Assembly (NCBI GenBank): GCA_965222375.1 | Contig: CBDCTZ010000014.1 | Location: forward strand, 288,001 to 352,000 | Direction of reading: 5' to 3' | Source of the DNA: Polyangiaceae bacterium | GTDB taxonomy: Bacteria > Myxococcota_A > Polyangia > Polyangiales > Polyangiaceae | DNA: 64,000 bases | In this document: piece after piece, positions 47,585 to 56,460 of the stretch | Position numbering within the stretch: the stretch's first letter is position 1 | How the letters are laid out: the number at the start of each line of letters is the position of its first letter | Position numbers and translations under genes: made by a program | The notes under the pieces: model-generated | Seen by the model: only the letters and a program-made list of their open reading frames with translations | Database searches by the model: none | What the model was told of the DNA's origin: nothing

Positions 47585-48471
47585 AACGTCACCGCCGCGG
47601 CTTGTGTGGTCTTGGCGTCGTCGTCGCTGGCCCCTACGCCTTCGATCATGCCCCGGTTAGCAGGAACAGTGCAGGGGCAGATCTGGTAGGGGCATGCGGA
47701 AGCAGTATTGAATCGCTTCAGTTCAGCTTCGTGCAGGTTGCCCAAGAAGCCCCGCCCGTGCCGCTTGGCGGTTCGGCATGACCACGCACCGCCGTCCTTG
47801 TCCACGACGAAGTAGTCGAGCCCCGCGTAGCACAACTTGCCGAAGTAGGAGGGCGCAACATTGGCCTGTCGGGGTGTGGGTCGCTTTCCAGTCAAAGGCA
47901 GAAGCCGCTCAGGCTTGGCGTAGTCGAAGACCTCACCTTTGACCTTGTACAGCTGGGGGAACCAACGAATGCCCTTGCTCTCGAAGAGCTCCTTGGCTCG
48001 CGCTGCGTCGGATTCGCGCTCCGGCAATACGACCTGGTTGACGACAAAACGCACGCTTGGCTCCAACTCGCCGCAGAACCACTCTGCCTTGTCTGCGAAC
48101 TCCTCGAGAGTCGTGTGCTCGAGATGCAGTGAGGCCGAAAACACCGACAGGCGCCCTCGGGTGACCGCGAGGAAGCCCGAGAGCTCGCGTCGAGTGGATG
48201 AGAAGTTCGTAAGCACACTGATGCGGTGACGGGTGAGACGCATCAACTCGGGAACGACCAGCCTCAGGAATAACGGATGTGCAAAGGCCTCGCCACCGCT
48301 GCACTTGATTTCCCACTGCCCCGGGAGCTGCGCGAAAGTCGAAATCAGTTGCATCAACGCGTGCTCGCTGGGCCTCCCCCGACGGTGGCGTTTGGATTGA
48401 ATGCAGTAGCTGCAGTCGTAGTTGCACGCTCCGGCAACCTGCCACTCGATGGTGGGAGCGCGCTCGGTCAT
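47581..48471 (-). CDS. Radical SAM enzyme, paralogue of the downstream gene
   Basis: CNYDCSYC, SGGEAF, LTNF; CYAG...SC...CPYQICPC; ATGA overlap. Confidence 0.9.
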   Translation of the reverse strand: MTERAPTIEWQVAGACNYDCSYCIQSKRHRRGRPSEHALMQLISTFAQLPGQWEIKCSGGEAFAHPLFLRLVVPELMRLTRHRISVLTNFSSTRRELSGFLAVTRGRLSVFSASLHLEHTTLEEFADKAEWFCGELEPSVRFVVNQVVLPERESDAARAKELFESKGIRWFPQLYKVKGEVFDYAKPERLLPLTGKRPTPRQANVAPSYFGKLCYAGLDYFVVDKDGGAWSCRTAKRHGRGFLGNLHEAELKRFNTASACPYQICPCTVPANRGMIEGVGASDDDAKTTQAAAVTL

Positions 48472-49562
48472 GGCACCACCCGTAGCCTCAACGGCACTTC
48501 CGCAGCGCCCTGCGCCGCTGGGCTCCTGGGCCTCACGCGCTGTGCCCATTTGACGTTTTGCTCGAACTTCCCGCACTTGTCGCAACCCGGGAAGTAGTCG
48601 CCCCGTGCCAGCCGCTGGCGTAGAGCCTGCCACGTCTTGCCAAACCACAACCGGGATAGGGGTGCTTCGTCGAGGGAGCCCACGCGCACCGCGGTATTGC
48701 AGCAGTACAAGACATCGCCCTCGACGGTGATGCGTGTGTACACGTAGCCCATGTAGCAGCCGACCTCGGCAATGGGCGTGGTTGCCCGGGCACTGTGGCT
48801 TGCCGCTGCAAGCTGGCGCTCAAAGAGCTCTAGATTCGTTTGGACGCCAAGCTCCTCTGCCAGCGCTCGGGCCTCCGGGACCCAGCGCTCTGCCAACTGC
48901 TGTCGTTGTTTCGCGTCGATGCCACAAGCCTCCGTGCCGCCGCCAAGGCTCGCCAGCTTGAAGTTCACGCGCTCGGTGTCGAAGCTCTTGCCGAAACGCA
49001 CCATGTCGCCGAGTTCGTGCGCGTTGTCGCGATTGATCACGTTCACGAAACGTGTCCGGGTGCCGATTTGAGCGAGCACCCGCAAATACCTACACAGGTC
49101 GTTGAAGTGCTGTTCAGTCCAGCCTGGATGAAACGCCATATGCGTCTTGGGTGAGGCCCCATGCACGCCAACCAAGAGCTGATCCACGCTCGCTTGCGCG
49201 AGGCGCTCGATATCGGCGGCCACGAGATTCGTGAGCAGGGCCAAGTGCAGCCCACGTTGCTTCACGTCGGCGATCATCTCGTAGATCTCGGGGTTCACCA
49301 GTGGGTCGCCCATGCCCGAGAGGATTATGGCTGCGACTGAGCCGAAACTGTCCAGGTCCCGCATCAGCCAGCGGAAGCGCTCGAGGTCCATCCGCTGCTT
49401 CTTCCACTGAGTGCTGCGCGGCGTAGCCAACAGCGGTGAGTGATCCCAGCACGTGATGCATGCCGCGTTGCAGGCATTGGTGACGTCCACGTGCACGGTT
49501 AGGGGACCTGTTTTGGGCGTGCCCTCGCGGATCCCGCCGAGGACCTGATCACGGACTTTCAT
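48468..49562 (-). CDS. Radical SAM enzyme with SPASM/twitch domain
   Basis: CNAACITC, SGMGDP; CYMG..GDVLYCC..GSL..CDKC. Confidence 0.9.
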   Translation of the reverse strand: MKVRDQVLGGIREGTPKTGPLTVHVDVTNACNAACITCWDHSPLLATPRSTQWKKQRMDLERFRWLMRDLDSFGSVAAIILSGMGDPLVNPEIYEMIADVKQRGLHLALLTNLVAADIERLAQASVDQLLVGVHGASPKTHMAFHPGWTEQHFNDLCRYLRVLAQIGTRTRFVNVINRDNAHELGDMVRFGKSFDTERVNFKLASLGGGTEACGIDAKQRQQLAERWVPEARALAEELGVQTNLELFERQLAAASHSARATTPIAEVGCYMGYVYTRITVEGDVLYCCNTAVRVGSLDEAPLSRLWFGKTWQALRQRLARGDYFPGCDKCGKFEQNVKWAQRVRPRSPAAQGAAEVPLRLRVVP

Positions 49563-51144
49563 GAGCCTCGCCGAGAGCCGTCGTTCCGCCTTGGGTCAGG
49601 ATGCGTAGGACTTCATCCACGGGCCTGGCGCCGGATCCTTCCAACTTCGAGAACGTGCGCAAGGCGTCGAAGAGGTCCTCTTCGCCAGCCAGCCAGTCGT
49701 CGACTCGTCTAGCGAACTCCGTGATCTGCCAGCTGCGCTGGGTTGGTACCGCGCGCATCAACGCGATGACCCCGGCCCAGTCCGAAAATCGGGCCCAACA
49801 CGGGATGAGCACGCCGAGCGCCTCCGCAAGGGCGCGCGCGGTCGCCGCCGGAAACTTACGGCGTAGGCTGCTCACCAGGGAAATCGCAGTTTCCGTTGGG
49901 ACTGCGCTCTTTCGCATCAATTCGATCAGCCGCTCGATCTCCGAGCTCAAGCCGGCGTCCGGGTCGTGGGCGCGGAGCTGAGAGCGATCACCAGAAGATA
50001 GCCCCAAGAGCAGGCGCACTAGTTCGAACCCGCGCTCACGATCTCGCCCGGATGCGGCGCCGAAGAGCCGCAGGATTTCCGGGGAGACCACCTGGGCGGC
50101 CATGTCCAAGTCCGGGGCCGGAATGATCGACGCTAGGGCACGCAGGGCCGCGGCTTGGGCGCCGTTATTGGGCACCAGCGCCCGCGCCGCCTCCGCGCTA
50201 CCGGGGCTTTCGAGCAGTTTGGGTATGTCGTCCATGCTGTCTGCGACCCGCCCTGCCCCCGCGGCGACAGCACGTTGCGCACGCTCAGCCTGGTCATCGG
50301 CGATTCGAGGCTGCGGCAAGAAGACCGTAGGCACCCCAGCGAACATCAATTCGTGGAAGCTGTTGTAGCCGCCGGCGGCCACGGCGCTGTCGAAGGCCGA
50401 GAACAGCTCCATGGGGCAATAGCGATCCATCCAGGTGATGCCGCCATTTCGCAGTTCAGGTCCCTCGTACAGCGGGCCTGCGCCGACGACCACCGAGTAG
50501 CCACGCGCGCTCAGGGTTCTTGTCAGGGGGGGGAGGATCGATGAGGCGGCTTCGTCGCCACCCCCTCCGAGGGTCAGGTAGACGGTTCGCGCGTCATCCG
50601 AAAGTCCGAGGGTTTCGCGGGCTGCTCTCCGGTCGAGAAGCTCCGACCGCTCGCGCAGCAAGATAGGGCCCGTGTCTCGTTCGTCGGGGATGATCTGTTG
50701 GTCGTAGAGCGGCAGCAAGGCTTGGTAGGGATCGTCTCGCGCGAACTGCTCCCGGACTTTGCGCGCCACCAGAACGCGGTGCTTCGCCATCTCCAGCACG
50801 CTGACGAGTTCGCCAAAGCTGCCGCCGGGGAAAGTGTCGACCAGCAGCAGATCCGGAGACAGGCCGGCGACCGCGTTCAACACCCAGCCGCGAGCCAAGG
50901 CCAAATATCGGTGCGGTTCGATGCCGGAATCCCGCAACATCGCCTTGGATGGCAGCTTGAAGGATGCAAAGCCCTCGCGCCGAGCGAGAGTGTCGGCTTC
51001 GGAGGAGGTGAGCACCCAGCACTCCGTGCGCACGCCGAGCAGCGTCGTGATTCGTCGTATCCAGCGCAAGATCGCGAGCTGGCGCACCAGGTGCCCCATG
51101 CCGCGGCCGTTGATGGAGTAGGAGACGACGCGCAGGGTGCTCAT
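49549..51144 (-). CDS. GT-B glycosyltransferase (GT28/MurG-like) with helical C-terminal extension
   Basis: NGRGMGHLVR, VDTFP.G, LGGGG, AAGGYNSFHE, P.VFLP..ADDQ..RA. Confidence 0.85.
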   Translation of the reverse strand: MSTLRVVSYSINGRGMGHLVRQLAILRWIRRITTLLGVRTECWVLTSSEADTLARREGFASFKLPSKAMLRDSGIEPHRYLALARGWVLNAVAGLSPDLLLVDTFPGGSFGELVSVLEMAKHRVLVARKVREQFARDDPYQALLPLYDQQIIPDERDTGPILLRERSELLDRRAARETLGLSDDARTVYLTLGGGGDEAASSILPPLTRTLSARGYSVVVGAGPLYEGPELRNGGITWMDRYCPMELFSAFDSAVAAGGYNSFHELMFAGVPTVFLPQPRIADDQAERAQRAVAAGAGRVADSMDDIPKLLESPGSAEAARALVPNNGAQAAALRALASIIPAPDLDMAAQVVSPEILRLFGAASGRDRERGFELVRLLLGLSSGDRSQLRAHDPDAGLSSEIERLIELMRKSAVPTETAISLVSSLRRKFPAATARALAEALGVLIPCWARFSDWAGVIALMRAVPTQRSWQITEFARRVDDWLAGEEDLFDALRTFSKLEGSGARPVDEVLRILTQGGTTALGEAHESP

Positions 51145-52463
51145 GAAAGCCCCACCAAGTCGTCGGAACGCTCATGGGCTTCAGCTGCTGCGGCGGCAAC
51201 GGCACGACCATCCTCGGACTCTAGGACAGGCCGCGCGTTTGGGTGCTGCTGGTAGTACTGGTGCACCGTGCCCATGATGGACGGCGGCCGCTTGCCTTTC
51301 GTCTGTTCCCACCACCACAGGTATGGATCGTTGTCCAAGGAGAAGCGCTCGTATCTGTCGTACTTGCCAATGCGATCAACGAGAGCGCGCAACTTTTTGG
51401 TTCGTTGCTGAAGCTTGGTGAGCTTCTCTGGCAGCTTGGATTCCAGTTCGCGATCCCCGATGGTCCGGGCGCGGTGCTTGGGTCGCATGAACTTCTGAGC
51501 TTTGCGTGCATACTTGCCGGCACGGGCGCGCAAGGAATCCACCGTGGCGGAAACGCCGTAGGTGTAGATCTGTCGCAGGAAGTCCCGCTTCGCCCGCATA
51601 CCGGACAGTTTGCGGAGCCCCATCTCTATGGGTCGGCTGTCCGTCCCGGACTTTTTGAGCCAGTCCGATAGGAGTTTTACGTCGCTTTGCAGAAGATGTT
51701 CTTTGAGCATCTGACGGCACTGGACCAAGTAGATCCCCGGGAGGTCCTTCAGCCTCTGGGCGCTTTCGTCGTGCTTCTGCACGAGGGCAGAGATGGTGCC
51801 GAGTTCGGTCTCGAGAGTTCGAATCTCCTGCTCCCAAAAAGCGCGCTGAGTGGCGGACTTGTTGTACGCCGGAAGCACGTCATCTCCGAAGTCCTTCATG
51901 CCCAAGGCTTCGCAGATCGCGTCCCCCTGTTTCCACTGCTGCCAGTACTCGGAGCTCCACCATTTGTGGCTGAAGTCTGGCGTGTCGTAGCCAGCGCGAT
52001 ACAGCTCCGAAAAGCCGTCTAGGCGCTCGTAGCGCTGACAATCTGCGATCCAAGGCGCCATCTGCTCATGGGCTTGCGTCAGTTTGGTTCGCAGTGTGCC
52101 ATGGGGGCCCGCTAGCTCTTCTCGCTGCAGGTACTTCTCGTCCTGACGAATGGCTGCGAGAGTGTGCTCGAGCACGTGACGTTCATGGGCTTGGGCCTCC
52201 AAAGGGTTGCGTCGCGCGAAGGCGCCAAACCCGGCTAGCTGCTCGACGCTGGATAGGTGCGCTTGGGTTAGACCCGGTAGGTAGGCAGCCGAGAGTTCGA
52301 GTGCGACGGAATCGAGCTCGGCCGTCGTCTTCTGCTCCGTGCTCCGGATGTGTCGACCCAGGACTTCGAACTGGCCAGCGACCTGAAGCGTGCGCTGTTG
52401 GTAATCGTGGAAGTGGCGGGATGCCTGGTGACCCTGGAGTTGCATGAGCGCGCCATTGTCCAA
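51141..52463 (-). CDS. Coiled-coil-rich hypothetical protein (first gene of radical SAM operon)
   Basis: 440-aa helical ORF with a GYDT...WW...YW..WK.GD motif; ATGA overlap with the GT gene. Confidence 0.75.
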   Translation of the reverse strand: MDNGALMQLQGHQASRHFHDYQQRTLQVAGQFEVLGRHIRSTEQKTTAELDSVALELSAAYLPGLTQAHLSSVEQLAGFGAFARRNPLEAQAHERHVLEHTLAAIRQDEKYLQREELAGPHGTLRTKLTQAHEQMAPWIADCQRYERLDGFSELYRAGYDTPDFSHKWWSSEYWQQWKQGDAICEALGMKDFGDDVLPAYNKSATQRAFWEQEIRTLETELGTISALVQKHDESAQRLKDLPGIYLVQCRQMLKEHLLQSDVKLLSDWLKKSGTDSRPIEMGLRKLSGMRAKRDFLRQIYTYGVSATVDSLRARAGKYARKAQKFMRPKHRARTIGDRELESKLPEKLTKLQQRTKKLRALVDRIGKYDRYERFSLDNDPYLWWWEQTKGKRPPSIMGTVHQYYQQHPNARPVLESEDGRAVAAAAAEAHERSDDLVGLS

Positions 52464-52508
52464 GCCCGGGCCGCGCCTGGCAAGCCGTGCAGCCTGACCT
52501 TCGGCGGG

Positions 52509-52805
52509 TCAGAGCAGGCACTTTTCCACGGCGTCTACGGTTGGCGCTTTCATGGCGCAGGTCCACTGCCGTCGCGACACTTTTGCTGCGCACTGAGAGA
52601 ACTCCGGGTCTCGAGCGGCTTTGCGTCGTGCCTTCGCCATGAGTTCCTCCACTTGACCCGGATGGGCTTTGGAGTTGTTACTACGCGCCAACAGCTCCGT
52701 GTAGTGGTCCAGCAGCTGGTTGCATTCGTCCGCTGACAATGGACGGCCGCATGCACAGGCTAGGAGCGCCCCGGCCAGGGTGGTGAGGCGGACTAGTTGA
52801 AGCAC
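52509..52805 (-). CDS. Small Cys-containing helical lipoprotein
   Basis: LLACAC-GRP..DEC..C..C..C; start uncertain. Confidence 0.7.
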   Translation of the reverse strand: MLQLVRLTTLAGALLACACGRPLSADECNQLLDHYTELLARSNNSKAHPGQVEELMAKARRKAARDPEFSQCAAKVSRRQWTCAMKAPTVDAVEKCLL

Positions 52806-53098
52806 TCCTCGACGATCTCCTTCGAGGTCTTCGCTTCTTTCATGCAGCGCTTCGCGCTGTCGGTAATACGTCGCCCGACACAATGTTTCATCGTGGTATC
52901 GCTGAGGGCCTTCTTGGTGGCTTCGATTTCCTCGGCGATGTATTTTTCGTCGCCGGGGCGCTTTTCCTGCAGCTTCAGCCGTGCGATGCGCTCGATGATC
53001 TCCTCACACTCTTCCACGGTCGCGGGGCGGCCACAGCCGAAAGCGAACAGGAGCGCAGGCAAGCAGCACCGCGCGAGGACCTTGGACCGAGACACCAC
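52793..53098 (-). CDS. Small Cys-containing helical lipoprotein
   Basis: AFGC-GRP..EEC..C..C..C; tandem paralogue of the next gene; start uncertain. Confidence 0.7.
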   Translation of the reverse strand: MVSRSKVLARCCLPALLFAFGCGRPATVEECEEIIERIARLKLQEKRPGDEKYIAEEIEATKKALSDTTMKHCVGRRITDSAKRCMKEAKTSKEIVEECFN

Positions 53099-53218
53099 GC
53101 TGGGCTTTAACGCGGCGCACCAAGCCTGCGCAAGCTCCCCGCAAACTGGACGCGCTTCACCTTGAGGCAGCGCTGAAATCTGGACGCCTGTGCAGCGCCT
53201 GCTAGGATTGCCAAGAGA

Positions 53219-53983
53219 ATGAGCCGAACGCGCGGCAGTGCCGCGGAGCCCTCGCCCGAGCATTTGCTGCGAAAGGCAACCCTCGCCCGAACCTCCGGCA
53301 TGCGGGCGAAATACGCGCAGCGCGGGCTTGACTCAGAGGGCGCTGTCAGCGCTACCACCCGGGCCATGCTCCTGCGACAGCTCTACCTGTCGCATATGGA
53401 AGGCAGGCGATTCGATGAGGCTCTTGCGGTCGCCGAAGAGATGCTTCAGCTGAAGGTCATGCCGGATGTGGCGCGCCAGGACGCCGCCCGTGCTTGTCTT
53501 GGCCTGGCGGATCGCGAGGGCGCCCTGGCACACCTGCGCCTGGCTAGCCGGGTCAGCCCGCCCTCTCGCCGCTCGTTTCATCTGTGGACCTTGGGAAGTG
53601 TCCTGTACTTGGCTGGGCGTCACGATGAAGCCATCGGCGCGCTGCAACGAGCATCCCGCTGGGGGACCACAGACCGGCCGCTGTATCAGGCGCAGTTGGC
53701 CCTTTCACGCTTGGCCTCCGGGGAAAGTATAGGAAATCTCGAAGAAATCCGCGAGCGCCTGAGCGAGGCGCCCTGTGGCCAAGGCTACGGCCAATTCGTA
53801 TTGGGCGAGCTGTCGCATGCCCTGGGCGATATCGACAAGGCGCGGGAGTACCTGCGCGGTTTCGTGAAGCGGTCCACCGGGGGCCGTGTCGCTCTGGCTG
53901 TGGCCTTGGACGGCGAGATTGCCCGAGCTCGAGAAATCCTGGCTCGGTTGCCTAGAAAAGGCCGAAAAAAATCGACGGCCTGA
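53219..53983 (+). CDS. TPR-like helical repeat protein
   Basis: LG..LY.AGR..EA...L and LGEL...GD..KA..Y patterns. Confidence 0.75.
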   Translation: MSRTRGSAAEPSPEHLLRKATLARTSGMRAKYAQRGLDSEGAVSATTRAMLLRQLYLSHMEGRRFDEALAVAEEMLQLKVMPDVARQDAARACLGLADREGALAHLRLASRVSPPSRRSFHLWTLGSVLYLAGRHDEAIGALQRASRWGTTDRPLYQAQLALSRLASGESIGNLEEIRERLSEAPCGQGYGQFVLGELSHALGDIDKAREYLRGFVKRSTGGRVALAVALDGEIARAREILARLPRKGRKKSTA

Positions 53984-54004
53984 AACTTTGTCCGGGTTTT
54001 GGGC

Positions 54005-54052
54005 TTACAAAGTGCGGAGGAGCATTCGATAGTAGTATTTTTAATAATAGTG
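54005..54052 (+). promoter_or_regulatory. AT-rich putative promoter upstream of the dsbD-like gene
   Basis: Locally AT-rich tract gatagtagtatttttaataatagt in otherwise high-GC DNA. Confidence 0.3.
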
Positions 54053-54101
54053 GAAAGCCCCCAATGCCGGTAACGCGGCGGCTTGAGGTCGTACCCAATC
54101 G

Positions 54102-55463
54102 ATGAACGCCATGCACAACAGCTATTGGATTCGCGTCGGCTCCTTGTTGTCGTTCGTTGCCGTGTTTCTAATGACGCGGCTGGCGGAGGCCGCGGACAAT
54201 GCTTGCGTGATTGCTGGCGAGGCCGGCGCTGGAGGAGCGAATGACGCGTTCACGGCTGCGCTCTCCAAGGGGCCCCTGTACGCGGGCGGTGCTGCCTTCA
54301 TCGGTGGGCTTCTGGTGAGCCTGACACCCTGCGTTTATCCGATGATCGCGGTCACCGTCAGCGTGTTTGGCGCCCGGGAGAGCAAGAGCCGTTGGCAGGG
54401 GATTACGCTTTCGTTGGCGTTTGTCATGGGCATCGTCGCCATGTTCGTCCCCCTCGGTGTGGTCGCCGGCATGACCGGTGGAGTGTTCGGCTCCGTGCTG
54501 CAAAGCACCTGGGTCATTGTTGGCATCAGCGTGTTGTTCCTGGCGATGGCGGCGTCCATGTTCGGTGCGTTCGAACTTGCGCTTCCGTCGGCCCTGACCA
54601 ACAAGCTCGCGACGGTTGGGGGCATTGGCTACAAAGGCGCCTTCGTACTCGGGCTCGCCTGCGGCCTGATTGCGGCGCCCTGCACTGGCCCAGTGCTCAC
54701 GGGCATTCTGACCTGGATCGCGAAGACCCAGAGCGGGAGCCTGGGTGCGCTGGCCATGGCGGCATTCGCTTTGGGACTGGGCGCTCCGTTCTTCTTGGTG
54801 GGCGCTTTCGCAGTGCAGCTGCCCAAGAGCGGCCGTTGGATGGTGCACGTGAAGAGCGTGTTGGGGATTGTGCTAGTTGTCGTGGCGCTGTACTTCCTCT
54901 CCACGGCTTTCCCCGTGATCGCCAGCTATGCCAAGGGTGATTCGCTCTTCTTGGGAATCATGGTTGCCGCGGTGCTCGTCGGCATTCTGTTGGGCGCAGT
55001 TCATCGCTCCTTCGATGAGCCGGGCGCCGGTATCAAGATCCGAAAGGGTTTGGGCACGTTTCTGACCAGCGTTGGGGCTTTCCTCCTTGTGATGGGGGTG
55101 TCGAAACCGGCGCAGTCTCTCTCTTGGGAGGCACTGACTTGGCAGCAAGCTCAAGCCAAGGCCAAGCGGGAGAAGCGACCGCTGCTCGTGGATTTCACGG
55201 CGACTTGGTGCGGCGCCTGCAAACAATTGGATCGAGAGACCTTCAGCAAGCCGGACGTCGCTCAGGAAGCCGGACGCTTCGTGGCAGTCAAGGTGGATGC
55301 GACCGATGACGAAGACCCGCAGGTCACGAGCGCGATGGAGACCATGAAGGTCGTGGGGCTACCCACCGTCTTGGTCTACGACTCGAGGGGGCAAGAGGCA
55401 GTGCGCTGCACGGACTTTGTCGCCGCGGAGCCTTTCCTCGACGCAATCCGGCGCGTCAACTGA
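54102..55463 (+). CDS. dsbD: DsbD/CcdA-like disulfide reductase with C-terminal thioredoxin domain
   Basis: SLTPCVYPMI, AAPCTGP, multiple transmembrane helices, DFTATWCGACK. Confidence 0.88.
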   Translation: MNAMHNSYWIRVGSLLSFVAVFLMTRLAEAADNACVIAGEAGAGGANDAFTAALSKGPLYAGGAAFIGGLLVSLTPCVYPMIAVTVSVFGARESKSRWQGITLSLAFVMGIVAMFVPLGVVAGMTGGVFGSVLQSTWVIVGISVLFLAMAASMFGAFELALPSALTNKLATVGGIGYKGAFVLGLACGLIAAPCTGPVLTGILTWIAKTQSGSLGALAMAAFALGLGAPFFLVGAFAVQLPKSGRWMVHVKSVLGIVLVVVALYFLSTAFPVIASYAKGDSLFLGIMVAAVLVGILLGAVHRSFDEPGAGIKIRKGLGTFLTSVGAFLLVMGVSKPAQSLSWEALTWQQAQAKAKREKRPLLVDFTATWCGACKQLDRETFSKPDVAQEAGRFVAVKVDATDDEDPQVTSAMETMKVVGLPTVLVYDSRGQEAVRCTDFVAAEPFLDAIRRVN

Positions 55464-55530
55464 GGCGAACGAACGGCGCCAGACCTCGAATCAGCCGCTT
55501 CTTCTTGCTCCGCCCCCCGGCGTGCGGCGC

Positions 55531-56460
55531 CTAGGGCTCGAAGTCCCCCGGAGGAGGCGGAGGAGGAGGCGGAGGTGGTGTGCCGCCACCGGTCTTCGGC
55601 GTGTCTCCGCCGCCGGTCTTGGGCTTGTCGCCGCCGGTCGGTGGATCGCCAGTACCGGTCCCCTCTCCGTTCTCGCCCTCAGGGTTTTCCGGTGGCGTAG
55701 GCGGGGGCGGCGGTGGCTGGTCGAAGCTCCCGTCGTCGGTCTTTAGGGTTTCCGACAGCTTCTTGACCGCCGCCTCGGCGTTGGTGGCAACTTCTTCCGC
55801 ACGCGCCTGCATTATCGGAAGCAGCTTCTTGGCGTCGGCGAGGTTCTTCTTCACCTCGCCTTTCTGCGAAACACTCTTGCGGAACGCCGTGTCCACCTGT
55901 TGCTCGAGCGCTACCGTCATGCCGCTGAGCTTTTCGATGATGCGTACGGCCTTCTTCATCCGATTGTGTAACCTCGCCTCAGCGACGATCGCCGTCTTCA
56001 TCCCGTTGACGAACTCAGTGCCCTCAGCGTCAAGATCCGCACCGGCCGTAGTTACTTCAGCGGCGGGGTTGCCCTCGCCCAGTCCGGAGACTTTGATCTT
56101 CAAGCCAGTGCCGGCTTCGGCAAGTGTCTTGGCGCGCTTGGCTGCGCGTTTGGCTAGGAGCGAAGCCGACGCGTCTGGGTCGCCCTTCAGTTCCTTGGCA
56201 AGTGCCTGCCGTATTGCTTTTTCATCGGCTGGCGCCTTGGCCAATTCGACTTGCAGTTCGTACAACGACTGAAAGTACTCGTCGAAGGTTGGATTGCCGG
56301 TTTGGTATTGCTTCCCTTGCCCAACCGCTGACGGGCCACCACTGCCGAACAGGCAACCGGGCGTTGAGGCAAGGGCGGCGAAACCCACAGGGCTCGCAGC
56401 CATGGCGAGAGAAAGTAGCGTGTGACTTGCGCGTCGCTTCAACTTGGAATTCAAGGACAT
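55531..56460 (-). CDS. Exported coiled-coil (lipo)protein with Pro-rich tail
   Basis: Basic N-region, hydrophobic stretch, PGC; helical core; poly-Pro C-terminus. Confidence 0.75.
   Translation of the reverse strand: MSLNSKLKRRASHTLLSLAMAASPVGFAALASTPGCLFGSGGPSAVGQGKQYQTGNPTFDEYFQSLYELQVELAKAPADEKAIRQALAKELKGDPDASASLLAKRAAKRAKTLAEAGTGLKIKVSGLGEGNPAAEVTTAGADLDAEGTEFVNGMKTAIVAEARLHNRMKKAVRIIEKLSGMTVALEQQVDTAFRKSVSQKGEVKKNLADAKKLLPIMQARAEEVATNAEAAVKKLSETLKTDDGSFDQPPPPPPTPPENPEGENGEGTGTGDPPTGGDKPKTGGGDTPKTGGGTPPPPPPPPPPGDFEP

Noticed and set aside
46676..48471. Prokaryotic viperin anti-phage genes
   Set aside because: Only generic radical SAM similarity; the C-terminal Cys-rich domains and GT context do not fit, and no other defence genes are adjacent. 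An HMM test is needed to exclude it fully.
52509..53098. RiPP precursor peptides for the radical SAM enzymes
   Set aside because: Both have signal peptides with lipoboxes and a relative elsewhere (2624-2896); no RRE, peptidase or exporter is present.
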